From Candidatus Sericytochromatia bacterium (GTDB lineage: Bacteria; Cyanobacteriota; Sericytochromatia; S15B-MN24; UBA4093): a stretch of DNA of 64,000 bases. The notes below the pieces were generated by a model, which saw nothing but the letters and a program-made list of their open reading frames with translations, was not told the DNA's origin and searched no databases. Of the stretch, positions 1 to 8,481 are shown one piece after another. The translations under genes and the position numbers were made by a program. The stretch covers positions 1 through 64,000 of the forward strand of contig JAKFCT010000001.1 of NCBI GenBank assembly GCA_036676495.1. The letters run 5' to 3'. Numbering within the stretch: position 1 is the stretch's first letter; every line of letters begins with the position of its first letter.

Positions 1-123
1 GTCCTGTAGCAACGAGAGGCTAGTGAACGCGGCTGTTGCGAAAGGCAGCGTAGCTGTCCTGTAGCAACGAGAGGCTAGTGAACGCGGCTGTTGCGAAAGG
101 CAGCGTAGCTGTCCTGTAGCAAC
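1..123. repeat. Perfect 55-bp tandem repeat, about 2.2 copies visible, running off the window start
   Basis: The unit gtcctgtagcaacgagaggctagtgaacgcggctgttgcgaaaggcagcgtagct occurs at 1-55 and 56-110, with a partial copy at 111-123. There are no unique spacers. Confidence 0.95.
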
Positions 124-139
124 ATTTTTCGCGCCAGGA

Positions 140-2068
140 TCAGTCCTCGTTGCGGCGATCCTGAATCCACTGCTCGAACCAGACGCCCGGGCCCTTCGGG
201 AGCGCCGACTCGTCGATGCGCTTGACGTTGAGGTCGATCTCGTTCGAGAGATGCTCGCGCAAGCGTTCGCTCTGGAGCGGGTCGTGACCGGTGCCGATGT
301 AGGCGGTGGTGAACGGGTGAATCTTGAAGTACTCGGGCAAGACCTCGAGCAGGTTGCCGGGAAGGATCTTGACCGTCAGGATGAAGTCCTTCTGGGTGAA
401 GAGCGGGAACTCCTCGAGTTGCTGGGAGATCAAGCGCTGGACCTCCTCGAAGACCGCCAGCGGCTCGTCCTTGGTCTGCGCGTGGAAGATCACGATCTCG
501 ATGGGCCCGGAAGGCGCATGCTTCTTGAGCATGTAGCTGAGCAAGTTGACCAGGCGAACGGGGTCGACATGGGCCACGCAGACGACCAGACGAGGCAGAT
601 CCTCGGGCAAGTCGCGCAGCCCCCGGAGCGTGCCCATGCCGAGCCTGAGGTCGGGAAGCTGGACCATCCGCCCTTCCACCTGAGCCAGGCGGTAGAACGC
701 CATGATCAGCAAGACCGCCAAGAAGAGCTGGGCACCCAGGTCACGGCCCTCGTGGGAGGTCGCGAGCAGCACGATCTCGGCCACGATCAGGAAGCTGCCT
801 CCGATCACCGGAGCCCAGGGGATCTGGCGATCGCGCCATGGAAAGGTCCAGCTGCTCAGATACGGTGAGCGGGCCACCTTGGTCGGGTGATGCAGGCGGG
901 TCAGGATGACCCCGGCGCAGTAGGAGATCATGACTCCGAGGAAGGCCATGCCGTAGATCTCGCCGAGATGATTGACGCTGCCCGGGAAGATCGCCAGCAT
1001 CACGAGGCAGACGAGCATGAAGGGAAGCGCCACGAACGGGTAGCCCTTCAGCTTGGGGTTCTTGTCCACCCAGCGTGTGAGCACGGCACCCGGCAGGTTG
1101 CCCTGCTGGCCCATGGTGGTCATCAAGCCGGTGGCCCCCGCGAAGGCCGTGTTCACGGCCGCGAACAGGGTCAAGGTGGCGGTCAGCACCAGCACGATCA
1201 GCCAGGGCTCACCACCCTGGTGAAGGGCGAGGCCGGAGAGGATGTTGTTCTGGAAGGCCACGACTTGTTCCGGGGACATCAGGACCAGCGCAAGGGCCGG
1301 GGTCAACGGAGCGGTCACGCTGACCAGCAGGATGATGCTGAGGTAGATCTTGCGGATCGACTGGGAGACAGGTTGCTCCAGCTCTTCGACGATCTGGGCG
1401 GCCGATTCGAAGCCGGTGATGCCGAGGAAGGCCGCGGCGAAGCCCATCAGCAGGGCATGAGGCCCCAGGCTTCCGAACCCCGACCAGAGGCGAGACCAGT
1501 CCGCCCCCTGAGTGAACGCCAGGTAGAGGCCCCAGACATCCATCACCAGCAGCATCGTGAAGACCGCGGCCGAGATCACGAAGACCAGGCGGGCGGATTC
1601 CCTCAGGCCCCAGAGGTTGAGGATGGCGAAGCCGACGATGGGAATGGCCGCGACCAGGGCGACCAGCCAGATGGGCCAGGTCACCCCCCAGAGCCCGGAC
1701 CAGAGGGAGGAGAGGTAATAGGCGCCCGAGAGCGCGCTCACGACGGCCGTCGCCAGGTAGGACAGAATGGTCAGGGATCCGATGGCGAGACCTGCCTGGC
1801 GTCCCACCGTGGTGAGGACCATGGCGTAGGCGCCGCCGTTGATGGGGTTGACCGAGCAGCCCTCCTGGTAGGTGGTCTTGAAGAGCCACATGCAGACGAC
1901 GACGATCAAGACGAAGAATGGCGCCGCGAAGCCGACATGGGGGAAAAGAATGCCGGTGCTGTAGAAGACGGAGGTCCCGATATCGGCGCCGACCAACCCG
2001 GCAGCGAGCCACCAGGTCAGGACGGAATGCGGGGGGACCTGTTGCGAGGGATGTGGGGTTTCAGGCAT
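140..2068 (-). CDS. APC-superfamily permease (KimA/Rv2690c-like putative K+ or amino-acid transporter) with a soluble C-terminal domain
   Basis: About 12 hydrophobic segments, TM1 GADIGTSVFY and TM6 GITGFESAAQ motifs; co-oriented 3 bp downstream of a TrkA gene. Confidence 0.85.
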   Translation of the reverse strand: MPETPHPSQQVPPHSVLTWWLAAGLVGADIGTSVFYSTGILFPHVGFAAPFFVLIVVVCMWLFKTTYQEGCSVNPINGGAYAMVLTTVGRQAGLAIGSLTILSYLATAVVSALSGAYYLSSLWSGLWGVTWPIWLVALVAAIPIVGFAILNLWGLRESARLVFVISAAVFTMLLVMDVWGLYLAFTQGADWSRLWSGFGSLGPHALLMGFAAAFLGITGFESAAQIVEELEQPVSQSIRKIYLSIILLVSVTAPLTPALALVLMSPEQVVAFQNNILSGLALHQGGEPWLIVLVLTATLTLFAAVNTAFAGATGLMTTMGQQGNLPGAVLTRWVDKNPKLKGYPFVALPFMLVCLVMLAIFPGSVNHLGEIYGMAFLGVMISYCAGVILTRLHHPTKVARSPYLSSWTFPWRDRQIPWAPVIGGSFLIVAEIVLLATSHEGRDLGAQLFLAVLLIMAFYRLAQVEGRMVQLPDLRLGMGTLRGLRDLPEDLPRLVVCVAHVDPVRLVNLLSYMLKKHAPSGPIEIVIFHAQTKDEPLAVFEEVQRLISQQLEEFPLFTQKDFILTVKILPGNLLEVLPEYFKIHPFTTAYIGTGHDPLQSERLREHLSNEIDLNVKRIDESALPKGPGVWFEQWIQDRRNED

Positions 2069-2071
2069 GGC

Positions 2072-2728
2072 CTAGCCGATGAGCGTGCGCTTGAGCAGCT
2101 CCTCGTTTCCTTTCAAGGTGATGGCGAAAAGCTCGTCTCCGGGCTGAAGCACCGTGTTGCCATCCGGGATGATGGGTTCCCCGCCGCGCCAGATGGCCGC
2201 CAGGAGCGAGTCCGAGGGGAAATCCAGCTTGCGGATCGGCATGCCCACGACGGGAGCGTCGGGTGGAAGGTCGACCTCGACCATGGACATGCGCTTGTGC
2301 CAGGTGAAGAGCGTCTTGATGTCATGCGGCACGATCTCGTACTCGATGGCCCGGGAGACCATGGAGGTCACGGAGATGATGTAATCGACCTCTTCGATGC
2401 GGAAGAGGTCCTCGTTGCGGGGGTCGTTGACGCGTGCGACCGAGCGCTTGACGTTGAAGAGGCGCCGAGCCATCTTGCAGATGACGTAGTTGTCCTGGTC
2501 CCGGCCGGCCACCGCGATCACGGCGTCGGCCCGCGTGGCCCCCGCCCGGGCCAGCAGCTCGGGACGGGTGGCATCGCCGGCGATCACGATCGCCTCGTTG
2601 AACTCCTCGACCACCTGCGCGCAGACGCGCTTGTCGCGCTCCACCAAGGCCACTTCATGCCCCAGGGCGAGCAGGCTGCGGATCAGGTGAAGGCCGACCT
2701 TGCCGCCTCCGGCAATCAGCACGAACAT
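2072..2728 (-). CDS. trkA: TrkA/Ktr family RCK protein (TrkA-N + TrkA-C)
   Basis: GGGKVG Rossmann motif, GDAT, DQDN, and C-terminal IWRGGEPIIPDGNTVLQPGD. Confidence 0.9.
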   Translation of the reverse strand: MFVLIAGGGKVGLHLIRSLLALGHEVALVERDKRVCAQVVEEFNEAIVIAGDATRPELLARAGATRADAVIAVAGRDQDNYVICKMARRLFNVKRSVARVNDPRNEDLFRIEEVDYIISVTSMVSRAIEYEIVPHDIKTLFTWHKRMSMVEVDLPPDAPVVGMPIRKLDFPSDSLLAAIWRGGEPIIPDGNTVLQPGDELFAITLKGNEELLKRTLIG

Positions 2729-3138
2729 CAGGCGTCTCCCTTCACGCTCAGCTGGCGCTCGAGCAGGTCGGTGGCCTCGGCAATCGGGCTGAGGACCTCA
2801 AAGCCCTGGGAGCGATAGAGTTCCAAGAGCTGGGGCTGGTCGATTCGAACGATGATGCGGTCGATGCCGAAGACATGGCGGGCGACGTCCGCCACCATCA
2901 TGTTGGTATTCTCGTCGCGCGAGACGATCACCACGGCGCGCGCCTCCTCGATACCGGCCCGGCGCAGCACGTCGGTGTCGATTTCCATGCCGGCGACCAG
3001 ACGCCCCTTGAAATCCCGGGGCAGGTGCGTGGCGAAGTTCTGACGGTCGTAATCCAGGACGGTGACCTCACCGCCCCGTTCGACGATACGCTGGGCAAAG
3101 CTTGCTCCCAGACGGCCGCAGCCGACAACCAAGATCAT
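2728..3138 (-). CDS. TrkA-N-only RCK protein
   Basis: GCGRLG motif, LRRAGIEEA, DENTN; its stop overlaps the start of the next trkA gene. Confidence 0.85.
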   Translation of the reverse strand: MILVVGCGRLGASFAQRIVERGGEVTVLDYDRQNFATHLPRDFKGRLVAGMEIDTDVLRRAGIEEARAVVIVSRDENTNMMVADVARHVFGIDRIIVRIDQPQLLELYRSQGFEVLSPIAEATDLLERQLSVKGDA

Positions 3139-3216
3139 TTTCGCAAGCTCCCATCCTCATCGGTCGACGCAAAGACCCGTCAGCGGCATTTCAAACCCGC
3201 CTTCAGCCAAGGTGCC

Positions 3217-3245
3217 ACTATACCCCTTTGCCAGGAGGCGATCAA
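3217..3245 (-). promoter_or_regulatory. Sigma70-type promoter of the trkA-trkA-APC operon
   Basis: TTGATC-N17-TATAGT on the minus strand, about 80 nt upstream of the ATG. Confidence 0.55.
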
Positions 3246-3336
3246 GGGTTATGCGAAAGGCCGCATGAGAGCGGCCGGCAGGGGATTTCCTGCCGGCCTG
3301 AAACTGGATTTCGAGCGTCGGATCCGAGGCGTTCGG

Positions 3337-3822
3337 CTAGGCGATCAGCCAGCGCTCCGGATGCGCATCATCGCCCTGGGCATTCAATGCCTCCAGGCGC
3401 TCCTTCATCGCCCGCGGCATCACGCGATAGACCAGGTTCCGGAAGGCTTGAAAGCGCTCGCGTCGGATGGCTTGCTGCGCGAGGGCATGATCCAGCTCGT
3501 CGAGCCGGATGGCTCCCATGCGCACGAGGATCTGGCCGATCTTTCCGCCCTCGCGCTCTTGGGCCAGCAAGGCCTCATCCAGGGTGGACTGCGTGATCTT
3601 ACGCCGCTTGACCAAGGCATCGCCCAGCTTGAGGTCGGGATGGATCTCGTAGAGCACGGCGCGAAGCTGGCGGAAGGTGACGCAGCCCAGGGTCAACAGG
3701 GCATCGGTGAGCAGCAAGGTGGGGCACTCCTTGCGCACGGCGAACGCGGACCGGATCTGCTCGGGGGTCACCACTCCGCGCTCGAGCAAGCAACGGGCCG
3801 CATAATGTTGGGACTCGACCAT
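3337..3822 (-). CDS. Stand-alone MshEN-like (c-di-GMP-binding) repeat protein
   Basis: ATG at 3822 after AAAGGA. Motifs KLGDALVKRRKITQSTLDEAL and KIGQILVRMGAIRLDELDHAL match RLGxxLxxxGxIxxxxLxxAL. The longer track ORF start overlaps eda. Confidence 0.7.
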   Translation of the reverse strand: MVESQHYAARCLLERGVVTPEQIRSAFAVRKECPTLLLTDALLTLGCVTFRQLRAVLYEIHPDLKLGDALVKRRKITQSTLDEALLAQEREGGKIGQILVRMGAIRLDELDHALAQQAIRRERFQAFRNLVYRVMPRAMKERLEALNAQGDDAHPERWLIA

Positions 3823-3996
3823 TCCTTTCGTACTCCTTTCCTTCCGGGCTCCTAAGCACACGTACCCCGCGGGTGTTACGTGAATTTTGCGTGAGGACGT
3901 TCCCCAGGTAAACGAGCAGGAGGCTATGATGGACGGGATACCGCCGAAGCGCCTGCCGCCGGAATTCGCTTCTGCCGCAGGAAATAAGGAGTTTTC

Positions 3997-4656
3997 ATGA
4001 CCGCCGACCCACGTCAAGCCGCCATCGACGCGATCGCCCGTCACCGCGTGATCGGAGTCATCCGGGCCAAGGACGCTCCGGAGGCCGTCTGGGCCGCCGA
4101 GACCACCGTGGAGGGTGGCCTGCCGTTGGTCGAGATCACGCTGACGACGCCCGGAGCGTACGAGGCGATCGCCCGCCTGCGCGAGAACCCCGACGTCACC
4201 ATCGGAGCCGGCACGGTCCTCGACGAGGCCATGGCCCGCCAGGCCATCAAGGCCGGAGCGCAGTTCCTGGTCTCCCCGCATACGGATCCCGCGATCATCC
4301 ACCTCTGCCGCGACTGGGGAGTCCTGGTCGCCGCCGGCGCCGCCACTCCCACCGAGGCCCTTCACGCCAGCCGCCTGGGCGCCGACCTCGTCAAGATCTT
4401 TCCCGCCGAGACCCTGGGAGGTCCCCGCTTCCTGAAGCTCCTGCTGGACCCCTTGCCCTGGCTCAAACTCATGCCGACCGGGGGAGTGACGATCGAGACC
4501 CTGGGAGCGTACTTCGACGCCGGAGCCCATGCGGCCGGAGTCGCCAGCGTCCTCTATGATAAGGAGCTCATGCGTCGCCGCGACGAGGACGCCCTCGTCG
4601 AGCGGGTCCATCGCCTGCTCGCGCAGATTCCCGCCCCGACCGGCCAGCCTTCCTGA
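3997..4656 (+). CDS. eda: KDPG/KHG aldolase
   Basis: VEITLTTP, IGAGTVL, FLVSP, catalytic VKIFPA, MPTGGV. Confidence 0.92.
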   Translation: MTADPRQAAIDAIARHRVIGVIRAKDAPEAVWAAETTVEGGLPLVEITLTTPGAYEAIARLRENPDVTIGAGTVLDEAMARQAIKAGAQFLVSPHTDPAIIHLCRDWGVLVAAGAATPTEALHASRLGADLVKIFPAETLGGPRFLKLLLDPLPWLKLMPTGGVTIETLGAYFDAGAHAAGVASVLYDKELMRRRDEDALVERVHRLLAQIPAPTGQPS

Positions 4657-4705
4657 CGGAAGCCGCCCCGAAGCCCGTTTGACCCTTTGATACGAGGAGG
4701 CCCCC

Positions 4706-5560
4706 ATGCAACTCGGTGAGTTCACCCTCCGCTGGTTCAGCGACGGAGACTACAAACTCGACGGAGGCGCCATGTTCGGCGTCGTCCCCAAGGTCGTCTG
4801 GACCCGAAAGTACCCCGTCGACGAGAACAACTTCATCCCCCTGGCCCTCAACTCCGTGCTCATCGAAACCCCCGAGGCCAAGGTCCTCATCGACACGGGC
4901 TACGGCACCAAGCTCACCCCCAAGCAAGTCACCATGTTCCATCTCGAGCAACCTCCCACCCTGCTGGGCTCGCTCGCCGAGGGAGGCGTCCGCCCCGAAG
5001 AGATCGACTACGTGGTCTACAGCCACATGCATCACGATCATGCCTCCGGCGCCACCTACCGGGACGAGGCAGGCAACTTGCGCGCCACCTTCCCCCGCGC
5101 CAAGCACGTCATGCAGCGCCTCGAATGGGAGGAGGCCAAGAACCCCAACATCCGTTCCGCCCACGCCTACTGGGAAGAAAACTGGGCCGTCCTCGAAGCG
5201 GAAGGCCTCATCATGCCAGTCGACGGTGAGGTGGAGCTGACGCCGGGCGTCCGGCTCATCCCGACCGGGGGGCATACGCGGGGACATCAGGCGGTACTCA
5301 TCACCTCCCAGGGCCAAACCGCCTTGCACCTGGGCGACCTGCTCCCCACCCGCGCCCACATCAACCCCCTCTGGGTGATGGCCTACGACGACTACCCCAT
5401 GGACTCGATCGCCGCCAAGGAGAAATGGATCGGCCGCGCCAAGGCCGAAGGCTGGTGGCTCACGCTCTACCATGACCCGGAAGTCCATGCCGGCATCTGG
5501 GATGCCGAAGGCAAGCTGGTTCAATCCGTCCGAGCAGACGGTCTCAAGGCTGAAAGGTAA
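4706..5560 (+). CDS. MBL-fold hydrolase, YtnP-like lactonase
   Basis: LDGGAMFGVVPK N-terminus, SHMHHDH, GGHTRGH, GDLLPT, MAYDDYP. Confidence 0.85.
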   Translation: MQLGEFTLRWFSDGDYKLDGGAMFGVVPKVVWTRKYPVDENNFIPLALNSVLIETPEAKVLIDTGYGTKLTPKQVTMFHLEQPPTLLGSLAEGGVRPEEIDYVVYSHMHHDHASGATYRDEAGNLRATFPRAKHVMQRLEWEEAKNPNIRSAHAYWEENWAVLEAEGLIMPVDGEVELTPGVRLIPTGGHTRGHQAVLITSQGQTALHLGDLLPTRAHINPLWVMAYDDYPMDSIAAKEKWIGRAKAEGWWLTLYHDPEVHAGIWDAEGKLVQSVRADGLKAER

Positions 5561-5565
5561 TCGCG

Positions 5566-6315
5566 ATGCGCTTCGTACGTTTCGAAGTCCAGGGCCACGT
5601 CCAGTACGGCCAGCTGAAAGACGACCGGGTCTTCCCGCTGCAGGGAGATCTCTTCGGGCGCTGGCAGACCACCGACGAGTCGTACCCCCTGGCCGGAGTG
5701 CGCTTGCTCGCCCCTTGCCAGCCCGGCAAGATCCTGGCGGTCGGCCTCAACTACCGCTCCCACCTGCAGGGCCGAGCCGAGCCCCAGAAGCCCGAGATGT
5801 TCTGGAAGCCGGCTTCCGCCGTGATCGGTCCCGATGAAGCCATCGTGCTGCCGACCGACGCGACGAACACCCACCCCGAAGGAGAGCTCGTCGTGATCAT
5901 CGGGCAGCGCGCGAGCCACGTCTCGGTTCAAGACGCGGCGCGCTGTATCCTGGGTTATACGTGCGGAAACGACGTGAGCGAGCGGAGCTGGCAAGAGGGC
6001 GATCGCCAATGGTGGCGCGCCAAGGGCTGTGACACCTTTGCCCCGATGGGCCCCTGGATCGAAACCGAGCTGGACCTCGACGCGGCCGTCCTCACGACCC
6101 GACTCAACGACGCGGTGATCCAGGAAGGAAAGCTCAGCGAGCTGATCTTCGGCATTCCCGAAGTCATCTCCTTCGCCAGCCGCTACGTCACCCTGGAGCC
6201 CGGGGACGCCATCTACACCGGCACCCCCGGCCATACCCGGGCCATGAGCCCGGGCGATCGCGTCACGGTCGAGGTGACGGGCCTGGGATCGCTCGCCAAC
6301 TCGGTGATGGGGTAA
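5566..6315 (+). CDS. Fumarylacetoacetate hydrolase family protein
   Basis: KILAVGLNYRSH, EGEL, NDVSER, AKGCDTF, TGTP. Confidence 0.9.
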   Translation: MRFVRFEVQGHVQYGQLKDDRVFPLQGDLFGRWQTTDESYPLAGVRLLAPCQPGKILAVGLNYRSHLQGRAEPQKPEMFWKPASAVIGPDEAIVLPTDATNTHPEGELVVIIGQRASHVSVQDAARCILGYTCGNDVSERSWQEGDRQWWRAKGCDTFAPMGPWIETELDLDAAVLTTRLNDAVIQEGKLSELIFGIPEVISFASRYVTLEPGDAIYTGTPGHTRAMSPGDRVTVEVTGLGSLANSVMG

Positions 6316-6317
6316 GG

Positions 6318-7292
6318 CTAGTGCCCCTCGCCGACCTGAGCGGTGGGGGGCTCGGCATCCTTCTTGGACCAGTAGCTTTCGTCAAAGGGCTTGGCCTGCC
6401 CCACGCCCTTTCCACCGGGCGTGTAGAGGGCGAGGTAGCCCTTGGCGAGCTCGACCGACGACTTTACCAGGCTCCGATGCATCAGGAGATACCCACCCGC
6501 CTGCTCCACGCTGGGCAGCGCATCCGCCTGCGCCTGGCGCGTCACGATCTGGCCGACCGGGACGTAGCGTCCCGCCGGAACGGAAACCCCGATGACCGCC
6601 GCCCGTGGCGCGACCACCGTGCCCTTCCCGATCCGGGAATGCTGAACCAGGGCCTGCATGCCGACGTAGACGTCCTCCTCGAGCGCCGAGGGGCCATGCA
6701 CTTGCGCCTGCGCATCGACGGAAACCCGCCGACCGAGGTAGACCGAGAAGGACTGTCCCTTCACCACCACCTGATTCTGGAGCGAGGGCTTGCCGTTCTG
6801 CTCGGTGGGCTCCCCCTGGATCACGACTCCCGGCTGGATGTTGGACTCCTCCTCGATCCGGATGTTCTGACCGACGTCGGCCCGGATGGTCGCGTTGGGA
6901 GCCACGAAGACCTTGGGATCCACCGTCACGAAGCCCATGACGGCAGCTTGAGGGTGAACGTAGGCGCTCTCCGCCACCATCGGACGTTCGATGGTCAGGT
7001 TGAACGACGTGGGGACGTTGGGGCCCGTCGTGAAATTCTCCAGCCCCGCAGGATTGAAGGCCTTGCCATGTTCCTGGCCCTCGGTGGAAGGAACCTGAAC
7101 CACCACGCGCTGCGGCACCGCGAAGCGAATCCCCAGGTAGGCAGTAAGCGCCGAGCCGCCCACGATGATGGCAAGCATCACGAAGGCCGTGGGATCCACC
7201 TTGGGTACCCGGATCTTGGGGAGGGGCAGCTTCGATTTCGACGGTGGGGTCGGCTGCTCTTCGGAGGCGGGAGTCAACTCATCAACGGCCAT
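6318..7292 (-). CDS. Membrane-anchored gamma-carbonic-anhydrase-like (Cam/CcmM-N-like) left-handed beta-helix protein with degenerate metal site
   Basis: N-terminal TM segment, hexapeptide repeats, ATIRAD, SNIQPGVVIQG, AQVHGP, QAQADALP. Confidence 0.75.
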   Translation of the reverse strand: MAVDELTPASEEQPTPPSKSKLPLPKIRVPKVDPTAFVMLAIIVGGSALTAYLGIRFAVPQRVVVQVPSTEGQEHGKAFNPAGLENFTTGPNVPTSFNLTIERPMVAESAYVHPQAAVMGFVTVDPKVFVAPNATIRADVGQNIRIEEESNIQPGVVIQGEPTEQNGKPSLQNQVVVKGQSFSVYLGRRVSVDAQAQVHGPSALEEDVYVGMQALVQHSRIGKGTVVAPRAAVIGVSVPAGRYVPVGQIVTRQAQADALPSVEQAGGYLLMHRSLVKSSVELAKGYLALYTPGGKGVGQAKPFDESYWSKKDAEPPTAQVGEGH

Positions 7293-7480
7293 GTCCTCAA
7301 TCCTTCGTCTAGTGTCCAGGCATTCGCCTTCTGTATTTTCCCCTCAACCGCGAGGTTCTACACCTCGGGGCGAATCTATCCTCCCTTGGATCGGGCTTTT
7401 CTTCGCTCCGCATGGACGCTCCGCGCGCGCAGGTGGCATAATGGGGGGCGTTCCCGCTGATCCGAGAGGAGATACCCCGC

Positions 7481-8044
7481 ATGAAGGCAATGCCCCTCCT
7501 GCTGACGCTCGCCACCCTCACGTTCTCGCCCCTCGCCATGCAGGCCCCCGTGCTCGCCTCGCAGACGACCATCCTCAAGCAGGTCGAAAAAGCGGCCGGA
7601 CACAAGGTCGTGGTCGGGTCGACGGTGAACTTCACCACGACCAAGGGCAAGTTCAGCGTTGTGCTCTTCCCCAAGGAAGCGCCCAAGACGGTGGAGAACT
7701 TCGAGAAGCTCGTGAAGTCCAAGTTCTACGATGGCCTGGCCTTCCACCGCGTCATCCCGGGCTTTGTGGCCCAGGGTGGGGATCCCAAGGGAGATGGCAC
7801 CGGCGGGCCCGGGTGGAGCATTCCCGATGAGCTGGACAGCTCGCTCAAGCACCTGGACGGCAGCCTCGCCATGGCCAAGTCTTCGGCCCCCAACAGCGCC
7901 GGCAGCCAGTTCTACCTCTGCCTCGGCGCTCAGCCGCACCTCGACGGCAATTACACCGTCTTCGGGCAGGTCGTCAGCGGCCTGGACGTCATCTCCAAGC
8001 TGACCGTGGGCGACAAGATGCTCAAGGTTCAGCTCGCGAAGTAA
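7481..8044 (+). CDS. Exported cyclophilin-type peptidyl-prolyl isomerase
   Basis: Signal peptide, FHRVIPGFVAQGGDP, AGSQFY, HLDGNYTVFGQV. Confidence 0.93.
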   Translation: MKAMPLLLTLATLTFSPLAMQAPVLASQTTILKQVEKAAGHKVVVGSTVNFTTTKGKFSVVLFPKEAPKTVENFEKLVKSKFYDGLAFHRVIPGFVAQGGDPKGDGTGGPGWSIPDELDSSLKHLDGSLAMAKSSAPNSAGSQFYLCLGAQPHLDGNYTVFGQVVSGLDVISKLTVGDKMLKVQLAK

Positions 8045-8053
8045 GCAGAGTCC

Positions 8054-8096
8054 AAAAACGCGAGGTCCCGGCCGATGGCCGGGACCTCGCGCGTTG
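8054..8096. terminator. Bidirectional terminator hairpin between convergent genes
   Basis: 15-bp perfect stem cgcgaggtcccggcc-gat-ggccgggacctcgcg flanked by an A-run. Confidence 0.8.
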
Positions 8097-8109
8097 AAAT
8101 CGCTTTGAA

Positions 8110-8307
8110 TTAGGCCTTGAAGAAACCCTTGACCTTGACGAGGGCTTCCTGCAGGGGGCTCGCCTTGCGCGAGGGGGCCGTCGCGGTCGCGGCCATGAGG
8201 CGCCCCGTCATCCCGGAAACATCGGCCGCCGTCAGCGGACGGGTGTAAGCGAACGTGATCGGACGGACGCGGACGACTTGGTGGCGGCTTGGAAGGCGCT
8301 CAATCAC
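8110..8307 (-). CDS. Small hypothetical protein (65 aa)
   Basis: GTG start after GGGGGAA, ends at a terminator, AT-rich promoter region upstream. Confidence 0.55.
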   Translation of the reverse strand: MIERLPSRHQVVRVRPITFAYTRPLTAADVSGMTGRLMAATATAPSRKASPLQEALVKVKGFFKA

Positions 8308-8344
8308 GACTGTTCCCCCGGGGTTAACCCCAAACTCCTGAACC

Positions 8345-8359
8345 TTAACCGTAGCTTAA
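8345..8359. promoter_or_regulatory. TTAA-N7-TTAA box
   Basis: ttaa-ccgtagc-ttaa; an additional TTAA at 8324. Confidence 0.6.
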
Positions 8360-8481
8360 TTATAGCGCGTCCATGCGAAACCTTGCGTGGCTAGCGGAAA
8401 AAACTTTCGCCAGTCAGGCAAGCGGGTATAATCCTGACGGAACTTGCCCCTGCTCCCTTCCCCGATCATGAGGAGACCTCC

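Noticed and set aside
1-123. CRISPR array
   Set aside because: Units are identical end to end with no variable spacers, and there are no cas genes in the window.
3174-3184. c-di-AMP (ydaO) riboswitch fragment CCCGTCAGC
   Set aside because: It lies on the strand opposite the trkA/APC operon, and the leader is too short for the full aptamer.
3823-4725. N-terminal extension of the 462-aa minus ORF
   Set aside because: It is an antisense shadow of eda; the real start is at 3822 with an RBS.
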